NCBI GenBank assembly: GCA_943704425.1
Contig: CALSCP010000515.1
Span: forward strand, 21,914 to 79,188
Direction: 5' to 3'
From: Ministeria vibrans ATCC 50519
Taxonomy: Eukaryota; Protista; Filasterea
Length of the DNA: 57,275 nucleotides
Below the pieces are notes generated by a model. The model was given only the letters and a program-made list of their open reading frames with translations, was not told the origin of the DNA and searched no databases. Position numbers and translations under genes: made by a program. Of this stretch, positions 26,475 to 41,245 are shown piece by piece. Every line of letters begins with the position of its first letter. The first letter of the stretch is position 1.

Positions 26475-28807
26475 AAAAATATATATAATCATTACGAATT
26501 TTTGTCTCATTATTTTGGTATTATTTTAGCTTCTTACGAATCGGGCAATGATCTCCGAGGGCTCTGGCTTTCGGATGGTCGCGGCGCGCTTCTTCCGCTT
26601 CATTGCAGTGCTCCGCGGACGAGGAAGGATCGGCTCATGCGACGAGACGTTTACGCGCATGGCCACATGATCGCTACGTGCTCTCGCTTCGTTGTCGGTC
26701 AGCGACTTTTCCAGAGCCTCCAGAGATACGTGTTGCTACATAATGATAATTATAAAAGATAAATTTAATAATAAATAAATTAATTAATATTAATAATAAC
26801 AATAATAACAATAAGTGCTCATTGTTCTTACCTGAGTGGGTGTCTTGTGAGCGACTTGCTCGGGCGAAGTGATGGAAGGTTTGAGGCCCAGCATGTGCAT
26901 CGTTCCGGCCGACTTGCTGCGCCCCATTTGCACAGAGGAGGAATCCTTGGGACTGGGCACGACCGATGTGAAGTCGCTCTGGTGGGCGCCCACCTGATGC
27001 TCGTCGGGAGTTGGCTCGCGTGGTGTGATCGTGTGCGCACGCGTCATGTTGGGCGACGAGATAATCTTCTTGGTGTGCGACGCGTGCTTCTTGCCCAGCG
27101 GATCAACTACACGCACAGATTTCGTGGGCTCCAACGACAAGGTTCGCTTCGCCTCGGCGCGGCGCGTGCCAAACAACGTCGTCTTGATGGACGGCGGCAT
27201 TCGAGTGCGCTGTTGGTCTCGAGCTGCTGTCGCTGCCGCAGCCTTTTCACTCTCACTGCTTTTCACCTCCTCTTGGCGCTTCTTGTCGGCGGCCGCCGCC
27301 GCCTGCGTGTTCTTCTTCACCATGTGCATAGTCGTGGCAATGTCCAGGGGCAACGGTACGGCATTACTAAGCTGGGCTAGGTGCTCTGGAAAGGCACCCT
27401 TCGACGAAGACTTGGAGGGAGACAGGGAGGTACGCATGCGCACCGTGAGCGAGCGTTTGTGTGACACCTTCTCGCGGAAGTGACCTGTCATATCTGACTT
27501 TGAGGAACCGAGGCGACGATGTTGCGACGCGGACGCTAGTTGAAACGAGTCAGTCTCACGCATCGCATCGTCACCGTTGTCATGAAACCAGTCACCGAGA
27601 CCGCGTGCCTTGTGCTCGACCTCGAGCTCCCTGTACCAGTCGTCGAGCCCCTCGTCGTCAAATCCCTCCTCATCAACAAAAGCCGAAGCAGACTGGCTGA
27701 ATACTCCAGCTGGACTGGCGTATCGTAAAACATCCTGTTGCGAGACTGGGCTGAGCACCTGTGAGGGCGGAACGGCGTCGCCTTGGAACGACACTGGTGG
27801 AACAACGCCATCGAGGCCTGAGAGGGCCGTCATAGAGGGAACCGAGAGTACCGAAGCGAGACCCCAATCGTCGTGTTCTGACGACAAAAGTCCTTGGTTG
27901 CTTGGCATCAGTGACGGCGTAGTCGTTGGTCCTTCCGTGCTCCGGCACGGCTGAGGCTCGGCAAGTGACGACAAGCCGGCGGTGGGAACGGAGACGGCCT
28001 CAACCACGAGAGGCTCACCAAGCCGTCGAGCCTGGCGCCAGCGCACGTAAGCATATCGCCGGTTCATCAGGGTAGAACACAATAGCTGCGAGAGCACCTG
28101 TTGCCTTTCGGGCGACAGGACACGTGGGATCGACGCCAGCTCTGACTCCTCCACATCATCTTCATCCTTGAGTATCTCCAGCGCCCCCACCTCGACCTGA
28201 CCCACACCCCCCTCCTCTGCGTTGTCGCTGTTGTTGTTGTAGCTATTCTGATCAGCAATGGGCAGGTTGCGCATCCGGCGGACGACCTCGTCGAGCGACG
28301 TATGATCGACCAGCGACGCAATTTCTTCGTCCGAGTCGTTGCCGGGCAAGGTCAGCAGCTGTTGCTTCATCTCTTTGAGTTGACTGAGACGTCGCTCGCG
28401 CTTGTCACTGTGTCGTCGCACGGGAGTGTAACGTCGCTGCCGAGCTGCATCACCCACGGCCATACAGTCCAAGTCAACGTCCGCAAACATCTTGAGCTCG
28501 TCTGCTGCAGCGCCACTCTCCATCACACTTGCACTGCTGCTACGTCGTCGCGACGAAGACGGCACGTGTCGTCGGCCGCGCGGGCTCTTTGTGGGCGACA
28601 ACGGCTCACCTTCGTCTTCGACGGAACTTGCATCGGCGTCTCCTTCGGCGTCGCTCACAGGCAAGTCGACAATGTCGTCTTTGTCTTCGTTGGCCGTGTC
28701 CCTCTGTAGATCAAGAGGCAACATTCTTTGAAGTACTCGAGCGCGAGTCTCACGGTTGAAAATGCTGGCGAGGGCGCTCTGCAAAAAAAAAGTATTATAA
28801 CAATAAA

Positions 28808-28840
<33 letters not shown>

Positions 28841-29668
28841 TATTATTATTATTATTATTAATTATTCATGTCTTATTATGAGTATTCTTATTAGTCAAGA
28901 ATGCCCTTCTTGCAGTTCGTATTTTGTAAGCCTTTTTTTACCTGTCTTAATTGAGCATATCGCCGACGCGTCGCCGCTTCGTTGGGGGAAGCTACAATCA
29001 TGAAGAAGTAGTGTAAATTCATAATGAACAGGATTATTTTTTGATTTTTTGATTGTTGTACGTGAAAGTAGTTTGGGTGTGGCGGGTGCAATGGCTCGAG
29101 CAGGGGATGCAGACGACTGTAATAATGACGAAGCAACGGAGGAGCTGGAGGCGTTGCTTGGGATGCGATCAACGACGGCGTGGGCTCGCACTGCGGCATT
29201 GCGCGTTCTGGGCGTCAACGACACGGGCTGCGTGGAGTGACGGCGAGCGGTGCTTTTGGCGGCGTTTGTCAAGGCGGCCACCAAAGGAAACGCATCACTG
29301 GTACAGGGTGCGACTGGATTGGATGTGGCCGAGCCGATGCTTGGTCTCCGCTCCTTGTGCACCGAATGGCGTGCAGAGCGTTTCTATATAAACCCACAGA
29401 CAAGTTCAATTCCTACACAAAACGGACCCCAAGCAACCAGAACCACAGCAACTCGTACCAGTGAGTTTTCACGACTGAGGCTTCCGCCACGAAGAAAGTA
29501 GGGGGTCTCGTCATCAAAGAGAAAGGCGTCGCCGGGCCGACGAGAGGCACCGTCGCTCTCGGCCGACGACTCGGGCGGCCCGTCCATGAGCATTTCAACG
29601 TCGCTGTCCGTGTCCAGCGTCTCTCGCGCAGGCACACATCCATTCTCCAACGACCATTCGCCAAGCAT
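26106..29668 (-). CDS. Large low-complexity hypothetical protein (about 6 exons, about 1000 aa)
   Basis: Continuous spliced frame through GT-AG introns including a roughly 650-codon exon; S/D/E/R-rich, no domain recognised; start codon uncertain. Confidence 0.7.
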
Positions 29669-30097
29669 CGCTAACAGAGTGGTGTGCGTGTGTGTGAGAG
29701 AGCGAATTTTTCGTTTTTTTTCCATGTCAGACACATTATATGGCGAGCAGAGCAACAGTTACGACTTTGAGAGCTATTCAAGACACCCGAAGGTGCCCAA
29801 AGGAGCAGGTTGAGGCGGGAGCGGTGTTGCGGGCGACAAAGAACGAACTTTTGGCAGAGCAAAAACTTTTTTGGTTCCTCTTTTGCGAAATTCACGATGT
29901 CACACGCCACGCCAAAATAAGGGACAACGCCCCCCGAATATCGCCTCGCTCGACCTGCCGGTGGAAAGCAGGGGGCACTGCAGAGTCTGGGCCTTTCGTC
30001 TTATTTTTCGTTTTTTTTTTTTTTTTTTTCTTTTCTCTCTCTCTCTTTGTTTCGACTGACGCTCTTTGCTCTTTTGTTTGGTCGTGTGCAGCTCATC

Positions 30098-31681
30098 ATG
30101 CAGGCACGATTGCTGGGACTTGCCCTTGTGGCCATGATCGTTGCGTCCAGCGTCCCCCTGTGCTCGGCAGCGGACGGTCTTCGCTGGTCGGCGGCACGAC
30201 GCACCATTGACCTGACCACCCAGGTTGTTCGCATGACGACGGAGGCTGACCTGGTCAACGCAGGCAAGGCCGATGTTGCCACGGTGCTGTTCGGCGTCGA
30301 CGCGGACCACGCCGACTCGATTGCGTGGGTGGAGGCGCAAGAGACGGACGCCAAGGATACGCTCAAGACTGCCAAAGTCGATGCGCCCGCCGGTGCTCCC
30401 GCCGGCTCCGTGTTCTACCAGGTGACCCTCTCCAAGGCGCTCGCCGAGGACGATGCTGTCACAATTGCCTTCACTGCCGTCATTACCAACGCCCAGACGC
30501 CATCGCCGGCCAAGCTCAAGCAAGACGAGACCCAAAAGGTACAAAATTTTATTTTGTTGCTGCTATTATTTTTATTATTGTTATTACTGTTGTTGTTGGT
30601 GTATTGTTGCCTGGTCCAATCCCTCTTTTGTGCACACGTAATATGTGTGCCCTGTCCTTTTATCTTTGTGGTGCCTTTTTTTGTATTTTCTCTAAATATT
30701 TGATTAATTATTATTTTGTTTGTTCAGGTGCGTTTCAGCGGAAACCACTACATTCTGAGTGCATACGTGACGGAGACCCAAGAAACAAAGATTGAGGTGT
30801 CGGGTGCTGTGGAGAGTCAATCGTCGCTCAAGCCGACGACGGCCGGCGACAAGGAGATCAAGTACGGACCGTACGAGGGCGTCGCCGCCTTCAGCTACGA
30901 CGCCATGTCGCTGCACTACGAGAACAACGGGCCTTTCTTGGCGACGCTCGACCTTGTGCGTGAGATTGAAGTGTCGCACTGGGGCAACGTCGCCGTTACC
31001 GAGCACTTCCACATGCGCAACGTGGGTGGCGAGCTCAAAGGCAGCTTCTCTCGCTTTGACTTTCAGCGTACCCCCGCCGCCGGGGGTGTCGCCGCCGCCA
31101 AGACATTCATCACGCGCCTGCCCAAGGACGCCACCGAGGTGTACTACCGCGATATTATTGGCAACATCTCGACGAGCAACCTCGCCGAGGGCGACGACGG
31201 CCTCGAACTTGAGGTGCGCCCACGCTTCCCTCTCTTTGGCGGCTGGCAGACCAAGTACACGGTCGGTTACAACCTCCCTGCGAGCGCTGTGCTTGCCGTC
31301 ACGCCCTCGGGCCAATACAAGCTGACCATGCCGTTCATTGCGCACATCTACGACAGCCAGGTCATCAACCGCGCCACGGTGCGCATCATCCTGCCCGAGC
31401 TCGCCTCCGATATCACTCTCGCCGCGCCCTACCCGCTGTGCCACGAGACGCGCGAGACCACCATTACGTACCTGGACACAGTTGGACGTCCCGTTGTCGT
31501 CGCCGCCAAGGGCAACCTTGTCGAGGACCACATCCAGGACTTCACTCTCACCTACTCATTCAAGTCGTCCTCTCTCATCCGCGAGCCCCTCATGCTCATC
31601 ATCGCCTTCTTCTCCTTCTTTGTCATCGCCATGATCTACGTTCGTCTCAACTTTGCCATCTCAAAGCCCAAGTCAGACTAA
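30098..31681 (+). CDS. RPN1: Ribophorin I / Ost1, oligosaccharyltransferase subunit
   Basis: Signal peptide, IKYGPY, REIEVSHWGN, YYRDIIGNISTS, RPRFPLFGGW, TYLDTVGRP, C-terminal TM and KPKSD (KxKxx ER retrieval). Confidence 0.95.
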
Positions 31682-31757
31682 CAATTCTTGACGGTGTCGA
31701 CTAATGAAAAGTATTAAATTTTTAAAAAGAAAAAACATTAAAATATTGTGATTGTGA

Positions 31758-33421
31758 TTAGAGAATATCTTTGGCCCATTTGATCAAGTGATCCTGGGTC
31801 TGGGTATCCATGACGGAAATGTCGTTGGGAGCAAGAACAGTGAGGTTGGCGTGCGTGGCGCGAGCAAGCAGGCGCATGACGGAGCTGTGGTCTACGGTGC
31901 GGTCACGCGTGGGAGCGATAACGAGGGACGGACGACTGCCAATGTGTGTCAGGAGGTCGTCGTAGTCGTAGGGAAAGCGCCCGTTTGTCGTGTTGTTAAC
32001 AAACATCCCAAGACGAGGAAGAATCGCGTGCCACTCGTACAGTCGCTTCAACTATTACAATACAAAAGTATCAAAAAAAAAAAAAAAAAAAAAAAAAAAA
32101 CGACGAAGTAGGAGATTTTCAGACTCGTTTCAGATTCTTACGCTGGCATGTGTGTGTTCAAATGACGAATCGCGGAGAGAGCACAAGCTGGCAACAGCAG
32201 CAACGCCATAGATGCGCGGGTCAAGAGCGGCGGCATGCACTGCAACGTGCCCTAAACAAACAAACACAAAAAGCACTGGAGATTACGTCCACGCCACGTC
32301 CACGTTACATACCTCCCAACCCATAGCCCGCCACAACAATGCGATCCTGGATAATATTAGGGTACCACGTGCCGTACATATCCGAGATCGGAAGTCCGTC
32401 GGGGTGAGGTCCGTTCTAAAAAAACGAAAGACCACATGACTGACATGCTGCATTGCTCAAGCCCAAGGCATTTTACTGCTATTGGAGTACTTTATCGCTC
32501 AGTAATACGTCAATCGCAGCCATCACATCTTGGACAGAGCGACCTAGACGAGACCAAGACGCATGGCGGTCGTAGAACCGCGATCCTTGTGAGATGCGGT
32601 GTCCGAAGCCCACTTGATCAAAGGTGAAAACGAGAAAGCCAGCATGGGCAAGGGCATCAAAGGTTTGGAGGGTGCTTCGAGCATGGTAGTCTTCAATAAA
32701 TCCGCCTTGATAGCTACAGAGCAAGCAAGAACCCAAGCAAATGACAGGGGGGGGTGAGAGCTGTCAGTAGATTACACTTATCCCATATATGGGGGTCAGG
32801 GCAACGGGGGGTTCCACTTGAAACTCGAATCAAACATTCAGTCTACAGTGTTTGCGTACGAATAGGGATGCAGCCAAATGATGACTGGAAGCGCAGCGCC
32901 CTTTGCCACTGCTGTCGTGTTGACCCAGTACAAGTACCCATAGAGGCTCGTGGAGAAATTAATTGCCATCTTCGTGACGGTCGAGGCGGGTGCGGGTTGC
33001 GGTGTAAACAGTTTATCGCCGCGCCGGAGCATGTCGTCCACCCAAGTGAAGTCCAAAAGACCATACTCACCGCCAGGAGACCACAGCGGTCCTGCGGCAA
33101 CGGGGGCAGTCCCAAGAGCCCACTGAATTCTGTCAACCAACGGGTGGGACTCGGCAGGCGCCATAGTGTGTCGCGTAGTTGCGTTCCACTCGTGCCAGTC
33201 AAACGCAAACAAGAGAGTTTCGGGCCACTGTTGGGCCGACGAGCCTCGTCCAAACGCATAGTCAAACCAGTCCATGTAGTTCTCAATGTCTTCCATTCCG
33301 TGATGTTGTCCCTTTGCAAATCATGCATTAATAAATAAATAAAATTATTAGTTTTCAGAAGAATTATGAATAATAATAATAATAAAAATAAATTAACATA
33401 AAAATAATAATAATAATAATA

Positions 33422-33463
<42 letters not shown>

Positions 33464-34930
33464 GTTGTTGTTGTTGTTGTTGTTATATTATTATTATTAT
33501 TAATTTATTCTTGTTTTATGTTACTTTTCGCCAGTGGATTCGCAGTCGTTCAGAATGTCCCAGAAATCTGTTTAGCAACAATGATATTAAACCGTTGTTG
33601 TCTTTTGACAAACAAACAGTAAAGTCCGTCTGGCATGAAAAGGACGTTGTTCGTTACCGGTACACTTCTCTCGCGGCCACGTACGTGCGCTCGACAGCAA
33701 AGGACGGATCGCATTCGTCGGTAAAGGCGGCCTGGCTGAGAAAGAACCGCGGAGCAATGAGGGCCAGTAGGCCATGCGACTAATAGCTAGTGTCAGTAAA
33801 CGTCTGAACACGAATAGTACAAAGTACAAACGTATAGTTAGAGCTAGGGTTAGGGTTAGAGTAAACGCTCAAATCAAACGCATAGGTTGTTCAGGTGTCC
33901 GTTAGGGTTAGGGTTAAGGTTAGGGTTTTCACGTGAATACAATCGTAAAGTTTATGTTTCGGTTTTCACGCGCAGTATTGCGGCTTACCAAATGATGCTC
34001 TGCTACGATCAATCACCATTTGGTGACACCTCTTCTTGCAACAATTAAAGCACTTACATCGATGGGATTCTCGTTTTCACGGCCAGACCAGTCCGCTACG
34101 GCTGGAGGCCACCAGCAACACTCGGGGCGTGGGGGCCGTTTGTCACTTTTATCGCGAGGACAAGAGCAGTTCAAATTCAATGGAGGACGCGGCCAGGTCC
34201 CAAAAGGATCCTCTGAAAATGTATAGGCGCTTGTAAATCTGTAGGGACTCATTGCTGGCGCGCCAGACGAAGACGAGATGACCGCCGAGATTCGATCGTC
34301 GAATGCCGCCAACAACATGGACTGCTTTCCATTTCGACTGTGTCCAGTCACCGCAATTTGACTGGCATTCACCAGCGTGGTCAGCGTCACCAAGTAGTCG
34401 ATGGTGCGCGAGCCAAGCCAAGCGCGGCGGATGATGAGGCCCCAGGTTGCATTTGTGTACGCCAGGCGAAACCCGTCCGTCTGGTCGTCTGAGTCCGCGC
34501 CCGGATAGACACAGGCAAAGTAGCCTCGGTTAACCGCAGCCAGAGCCCACCGCCGGTGGTTCGTCTGCGTCATGAACACGGGCATGGGACGCACGGCGGA
34601 GGTGGAGTAGATTTGCTCGACGGTGAACGAAACAACTTTGTTATCCGCTGCTTGAAAGGTCAGCCGAACAAACTCCCGGACGCTCCCTCTCTCCTCAACA
34701 TGACTGACAACAGTAGAGCCTAGAAACGAGGGAACCGACGTGGGCAGCGAGCCATACAGCGTAGACTGGAGAAGTTCTCGAATTTGAGTCTGCCGTGCCT
34801 GGAAACCCGCCGAGTCTACCACGGATGAGCCATTGGCAAACTCCAACAGGGGTGGCAGATCGCACATTCCAACGTGCGCAGGGCCCGCGTGGGCGACCGA
34901 TAACAGCAGGGAGAAAAGGAGAATGAGCAT
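31758..34930 (-). CDS. Secreted tandem alpha/beta-hydrolase; N-terminal domain CE15 (glucuronoyl esterase)-like
   Basis: Signal peptide; WG....AW..SR.IDYL, GHSRNGK nucleophile motif, AAFDDRI, LIAPR; second domain WLHPYSY, FDQVGFGHR, AGYGLGG. Confidence 0.75.
33845..33926. repeat. Two clusters of TTAGGG-type repeats in intron 33780-34057 of the hydrolase gene
   Basis: ctagggttagggttaga and gttagggttagggttaaggttagggtt. Confidence 0.75.
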
Positions 34931-35220
34931 AAGAAAAAGTTGTTGTAATGAAAATAAAAATATTATTTCAAAAACTCAAGTTGATTAAAAAGACGTAAGA
35001 AAAACAAAATATGGCAACCATCGCTCAAAATGAAACTAGTAAAGAAGTATCAAGTAATCAGTAATCAGCCAAATCTGAAATCAGGCAAAGACTAAAGTGT
35101 AAAGACAAAGACCATTGAAATATAATCAATAATATTCTTCATTATTACGACTTGCTTCCCGTCTCTGCATTGCCCGTGATCCGTAGACGTTGAGGGGGCG
35201 AGTTTGGACAAGAGTTGGAC

Positions 35221-38200
35221 ATGGTTGAAACGGATGATTCCCTTTTGTGGGGCGACTATTGGGAGTCGATAGCGGCGAGTGTCGAGCAACTGTCCAGCCT
35301 CGACGCATCCGACCGACCCGAGCCACCCGCGGCGCCCCATGTGTCTACAGTCACGCCTCCGCGCCCGAGGTCAAGGCAGCCGTCGGCGGCCTCCCCGCCA
35401 CGGACCGCCGCCGCTGCCGCAGCAGCAGCCGCAGCAGCAGCAGCAGCAGCAGCAGCCGACGACGACGTTGGGGGCGCCGACGACGCCAATGACGACAACG
35501 GCGACGAGCACAGCGGGGCGCGCGCAACGACGCCGTCTGCCACGACTCCCTTGGCCCACGACTTGTCTGGCCTCTCGTGGTGTGTCGTTGATTCCGTAAG
35601 ACCCTGCGTCGTCTCTTTTATCCTGTTTTTCCAGCTATTATTATTTTTTTGTCCTTTTCGTTTTGTCGACTCTGTGGGGCTATGGGGTGGGTGTCTGACT
35701 GGCCCGCCGGTGTCCTTGGCCAGTATGCGCTGTGTTTTTTGTGTTTCTCGCTGACGGGCATGTCGGCGACCTGTGGTTGTGCAGCTGTGTCAAGTTGATT
35801 GTGTGGGTGTCGATGCCACGACATTTGGATCCGCTGCGCGAGTGTTGCTGTGCGTCGCGCGCTGACTCTGCGCGCGTGTGCGGGTGCGGGTGCGCTGTGG
35901 TGTGTGTGTGTCTGTCTGTGGGAGTGTGTCTTTTCCGTGGCGTTGGTGTTTTTCTGGAGACATTGCGCGTTTTGAACCTTTTATTGCATTCTGTTGTTTC
36001 ACAGGGATCCAATACAGGGAGAGCAGATTCGCCATCGACCCGTCTTGCCGAGCAAGACTTTCCCGTTGCCTATACTGTCAATGAGCTTCGAATGCGTGCC
36101 AAAGTTCTCTACAGTACGTTGTGTTGTTCTTCTTTGTTTGAATTTCGTCCAAAACATAATAATAATAATAATAATAATACATTTTTCTCTCTCGCGCTTG
36201 CCCTTATCTGTCGCTCTCTTCCTTTCTCTCTCTCTATCACTTTGTTTCTTTCTCCTCTCTCTTTCTCTCTCCCTATCACTTTGTTTCTTTCTCCTCTCTC
36301 TTTCTCTCTCTCTATCACTTTGTTTCTTTCTCCTCTCTCTTTCTCTCTCTCTATCACTTTGTTTCTTTCTCCTCTCTCTTTCTCTCTCCCTATCACTTTG
36401 TTTCTTTCTCCTCTCTCTTTCTCTCTCTCTATCACTTTGTTTCTTTCTCCTCTCTCTCTTTCTCTCTCTCTCTCTACCACTTTGTTTCTTTCTCCTCTCT
36501 CTCTTTCTCTCTCTCTATCACTTTGTTTCTTTCTCCTCTCTCTCTCTCTCTCTCGTTTGTTATCTTATCCTCTTCACTCTCTCTATCTTTCTCTATCTCT
36601 TTTATCTGCTCTTGTGTTTCCTCGTTCTTACACGCCACTTTATCTCTTTTCTTTCTCTACCTTTCCTTTTTTTTCTGTTTCTCTCTCGCTTTTGTTATTG
36701 TTCTATTTTAGATGAATATTGGGACTTTATGGCGAGCAAGGAGGCGTACATGGGGCGGCTGGGGGCGTTTTATGAGTATTTGCAGAAGGACAGGGGGTTT
36801 GTGGAGGGGGGTACGCTGGGGCTGGACGAGTCTCTGGACAAGACGAACATCCGCGAGGTGGGTATTGACCCACGCGCGCTGGGCAAGGCAATGGTCTACT
36901 ACATGCGCATGCGACGCTCTCAGATGTCGATGGTCCAGCGGTGGCATCAGCGCGAGCGGCCTGCGCGCGTGTCTCATTCGTTTGCCCAAAAGGTCGTACT
37001 GCCTGCCGACTACCCGGAACACCTGCGTTTTCTCAACATTGGCGACCTCCACGGCTCGTTTGCACCTCTGTGCAACATGCTGTTGATGCTGCAGGAGAAC
37101 GGTCAGCTCGACAACCACTGGCGCCTTATTGACCAGGCTGTCCATATTGTGTTCACCGGCGATCTCGCCGACCGTGGCTTCTTTGGCGTCGAGGTGTGGC
37201 TTGCCGTGCTCTACCTGCTCATCCAGAACCCCGAACGTGTCTTCGTCATCAAAGCCAACCACGAGTATGGCGCTGCGACCGACTTCCGTCTGGATGAGTG
37301 CCCTGTGCGCATGCGCCTTCCCCGTGCTCTCCACAACCGTATCTTCTGGAACCTCGCACGCACTTTCCCCGACCTGCTCTTCGTCGGCGTGCGGCCCGTT
37401 CACCCCGTCCATCCGCTTCACTACCTCATCTACTCGCACGGTGCCATCGAGCCCGGCTACAACCCCGCTGGCTTTCTCAACCCGTCCAATTTCGCCACCT
37501 TTCACTCCATCCCCGCCTACGACCGCACGCGCTTCTACGACTTCCTCGGCGACCATGCCCCGCGCATCCTTGTCGACATTCGCAAGCACGTTCACTTTAA
37601 CGAAATCCCCATTCGCATTGTGTCTGAGCCCGATAGCATCGCCGGTGCAGGACCCATCTGGAATGTCTACCAGGTACCGTTTTTGTTTTTTTCTCTTTGT
37701 ATGTGTGTGTGCGTGTCTTTGTTCTGATAATATTATGTTTCTCCTTTTTACGCAGGGCACAAAGTGTCCGTTGCGACTAGGGCGAATGGGCCAAGGTATT
37801 GCAATCAATGGCGAGCTGCTAATGCGCACGTTTGAGTACTGGACCAACCACTGCCAAGAAGCGGTGGGCAGCCGAGGCTCGTCGGGGGCCAGCAAGATGC
37901 AAACCATGCTGTCGTCGCTGCTTGCATACGCCGGCAAGAAAGCCAGTCCGTCCGCGACCACCCGCCCCCTCGACGCCACCTATCACTTTGATGCCAACAT
38001 TGGCGGCCATGAGCACGGGCCCTCGTATGACCTTGACCCCCTCACCATGGCTCAGGTACATCTCTCTTTCTCTTCCACTTTCTATTACTCGTTTTTCTCG
38101 CGCTCTTCATGAACTCTATCTGTCACCCTGTTCTCTTGATTTATCTCTCTTGTGTTCTCTCTCGTACCATTCTGTTGACTTAATATATTCTTTCACTATC

Positions 38201-38724
38201 TCGGCTTCCTCTTTCTCGCCTTGTTTGTTCTCTCACTCTTTTTTTTCTTTTTTGTTCTTTTATACACACGCATTGTTACTCTTTCCTCTAGTCTTCTGCT
38301 GGCATGGCTGCCGTCTTCCCCAAACCCGGTCCAAAGGGTTCCGCTTGGGTTTACAAGGTATCAACTTTCGAAAGAAAATTATTTGTAGTCATCATACACA
38401 TTTCGTTCCGTCGATTGTGTCTGAGTGTGTCGATTAAATACCTTGCGCCCTTCTTCTTATAAACCAACGACTCTTTTGCTTTATTTCATGTAATAGTTCT
38501 TCAATATGCAAGACAGTGTGTACTATCGGCTGCCGGTGGTCAGCTACGGCGAGTCGACGACGGTCGTGTCGGCGTCAACGGGCGTCCATGCGTGGCGGGT
38601 TCGCGGTGTCCCCATCTGCGACGTCGCCGGCCTTCACGACAAGGCTCCCGACTGCCGCCAGGCCTTTGATGATCTCATGAAGACGAAGGGCCGCTCCGGT
38701 CTCACCGAGGATCTCTTCACTTAA
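35221..38724 (+). CDS. Calcineurin-like metallophosphoesterase (PPP family, bacterial-type)
   Basis: GDLHG, GDLADRG, KANHE, SHGA, GGHEH motifs in order; low-complexity N-terminal exon; exon joins outside the core are less certain. Confidence 0.8.
36225..36553. repeat. Intronic minisatellite, about 39-bp unit containing CTATCACTTTGTTT, about 8 copies
   Basis: Gives the repeated 13-aa [13 protein letters not shown] in the spurious ORF. Confidence 0.9.
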
Positions 38725-39694
38725 TATTCTTACTTTTTCTCTCGGTTGTCCCCGTTTTTTTGTACTCTATCCAATAAATAACGTCATACCTTTTTCAAGT
38801 GATATTCAGTTCAACGCTATTCCTGCTGTGAGTCTCACATAGCGTCCCACTGAGAGTAACAACTCGTGTGCGAGAAAAGTATCCCTGAGGCTTGTATATA
38901 TATAATTATAGGAAACCCATGCGAAGGCTTTATACCATTAATGAAGCGCGAAGCAGCCGCTTGAAGCTTTCGCCCTAGGGAAAAAAAAAAAAAAAAAGTC
39001 TCTGCCCCACAAAAAAACTACTCGCACTGCAAACCGCCTCCTTACGGAACTCCTAAACTCCATCACTCACCGGCTCGACTTGCTTGTTGCTTTCTAATTT
39101 AAACTTTCGCGAATTTAAATCCCTCTGATTGAAATGGATTTTAAGCTGTGTTCAACCGATTTTAAATTATATACTTTCGCCTGATGAAATGAGTTTAGTA
39201 ATTTGCATAATTGTGTATGTCACGTAGTGCGAAATATCTACAACCTTAAATCTACGCGTCATATATTATGTAGTGCGAAATCTATAACTAAGTTAAGCCA
39301 TGACGAGCGACAAGAGTGTAGATTTCTCTCTCGGGTTTTCTTCATTCGCGGCAAAAGTGGTGGTACCAGAATCATACCAAAAAAAGAGTCGGGGGGGGGN
39401 NNNNNNNNNTTTTTTTGCGAATTCTAAACAACGACCCGTTTTCTTTCTCGTACTTGCTGTTACGGCCGACATTCGTCGGCCGCCAAACGAGTCCATTGTT
39501 GATGTATAAAGAAGAAAGAATCAATAATATTAAAAATGTTACAAGTCATTTGCAACTGTCAACTGATCAGTCGGTTAATTGTTAAAACAACTTGAAACGT
39601 AATAATTATGACTTGTGAGTTGCGTAAAATGGTCAATTTCGTCGAAAATACTACTTTGATGGTGTGGAATGACCACTGACCAGCGTTGGTTTTT

Positions 39695-41046
<1,352 letters not shown>

Positions 41047-41245
41047 GGTGTCGGACGTGGCTGCAACGCAAGAAAATTAATTAATTTTTATTTTATTTCG
41101 AAACAATCAATATAATATTCATCAATATTATTGTCAGGTTGACTAATATTAAATAAGATCATGACCTCATTGGCTCATTCACGCTCATTCACTGATTATT
41201 GATATTTGATCATTCAAAAAAAAAAACAGTTTCGACTGCTTCAGC

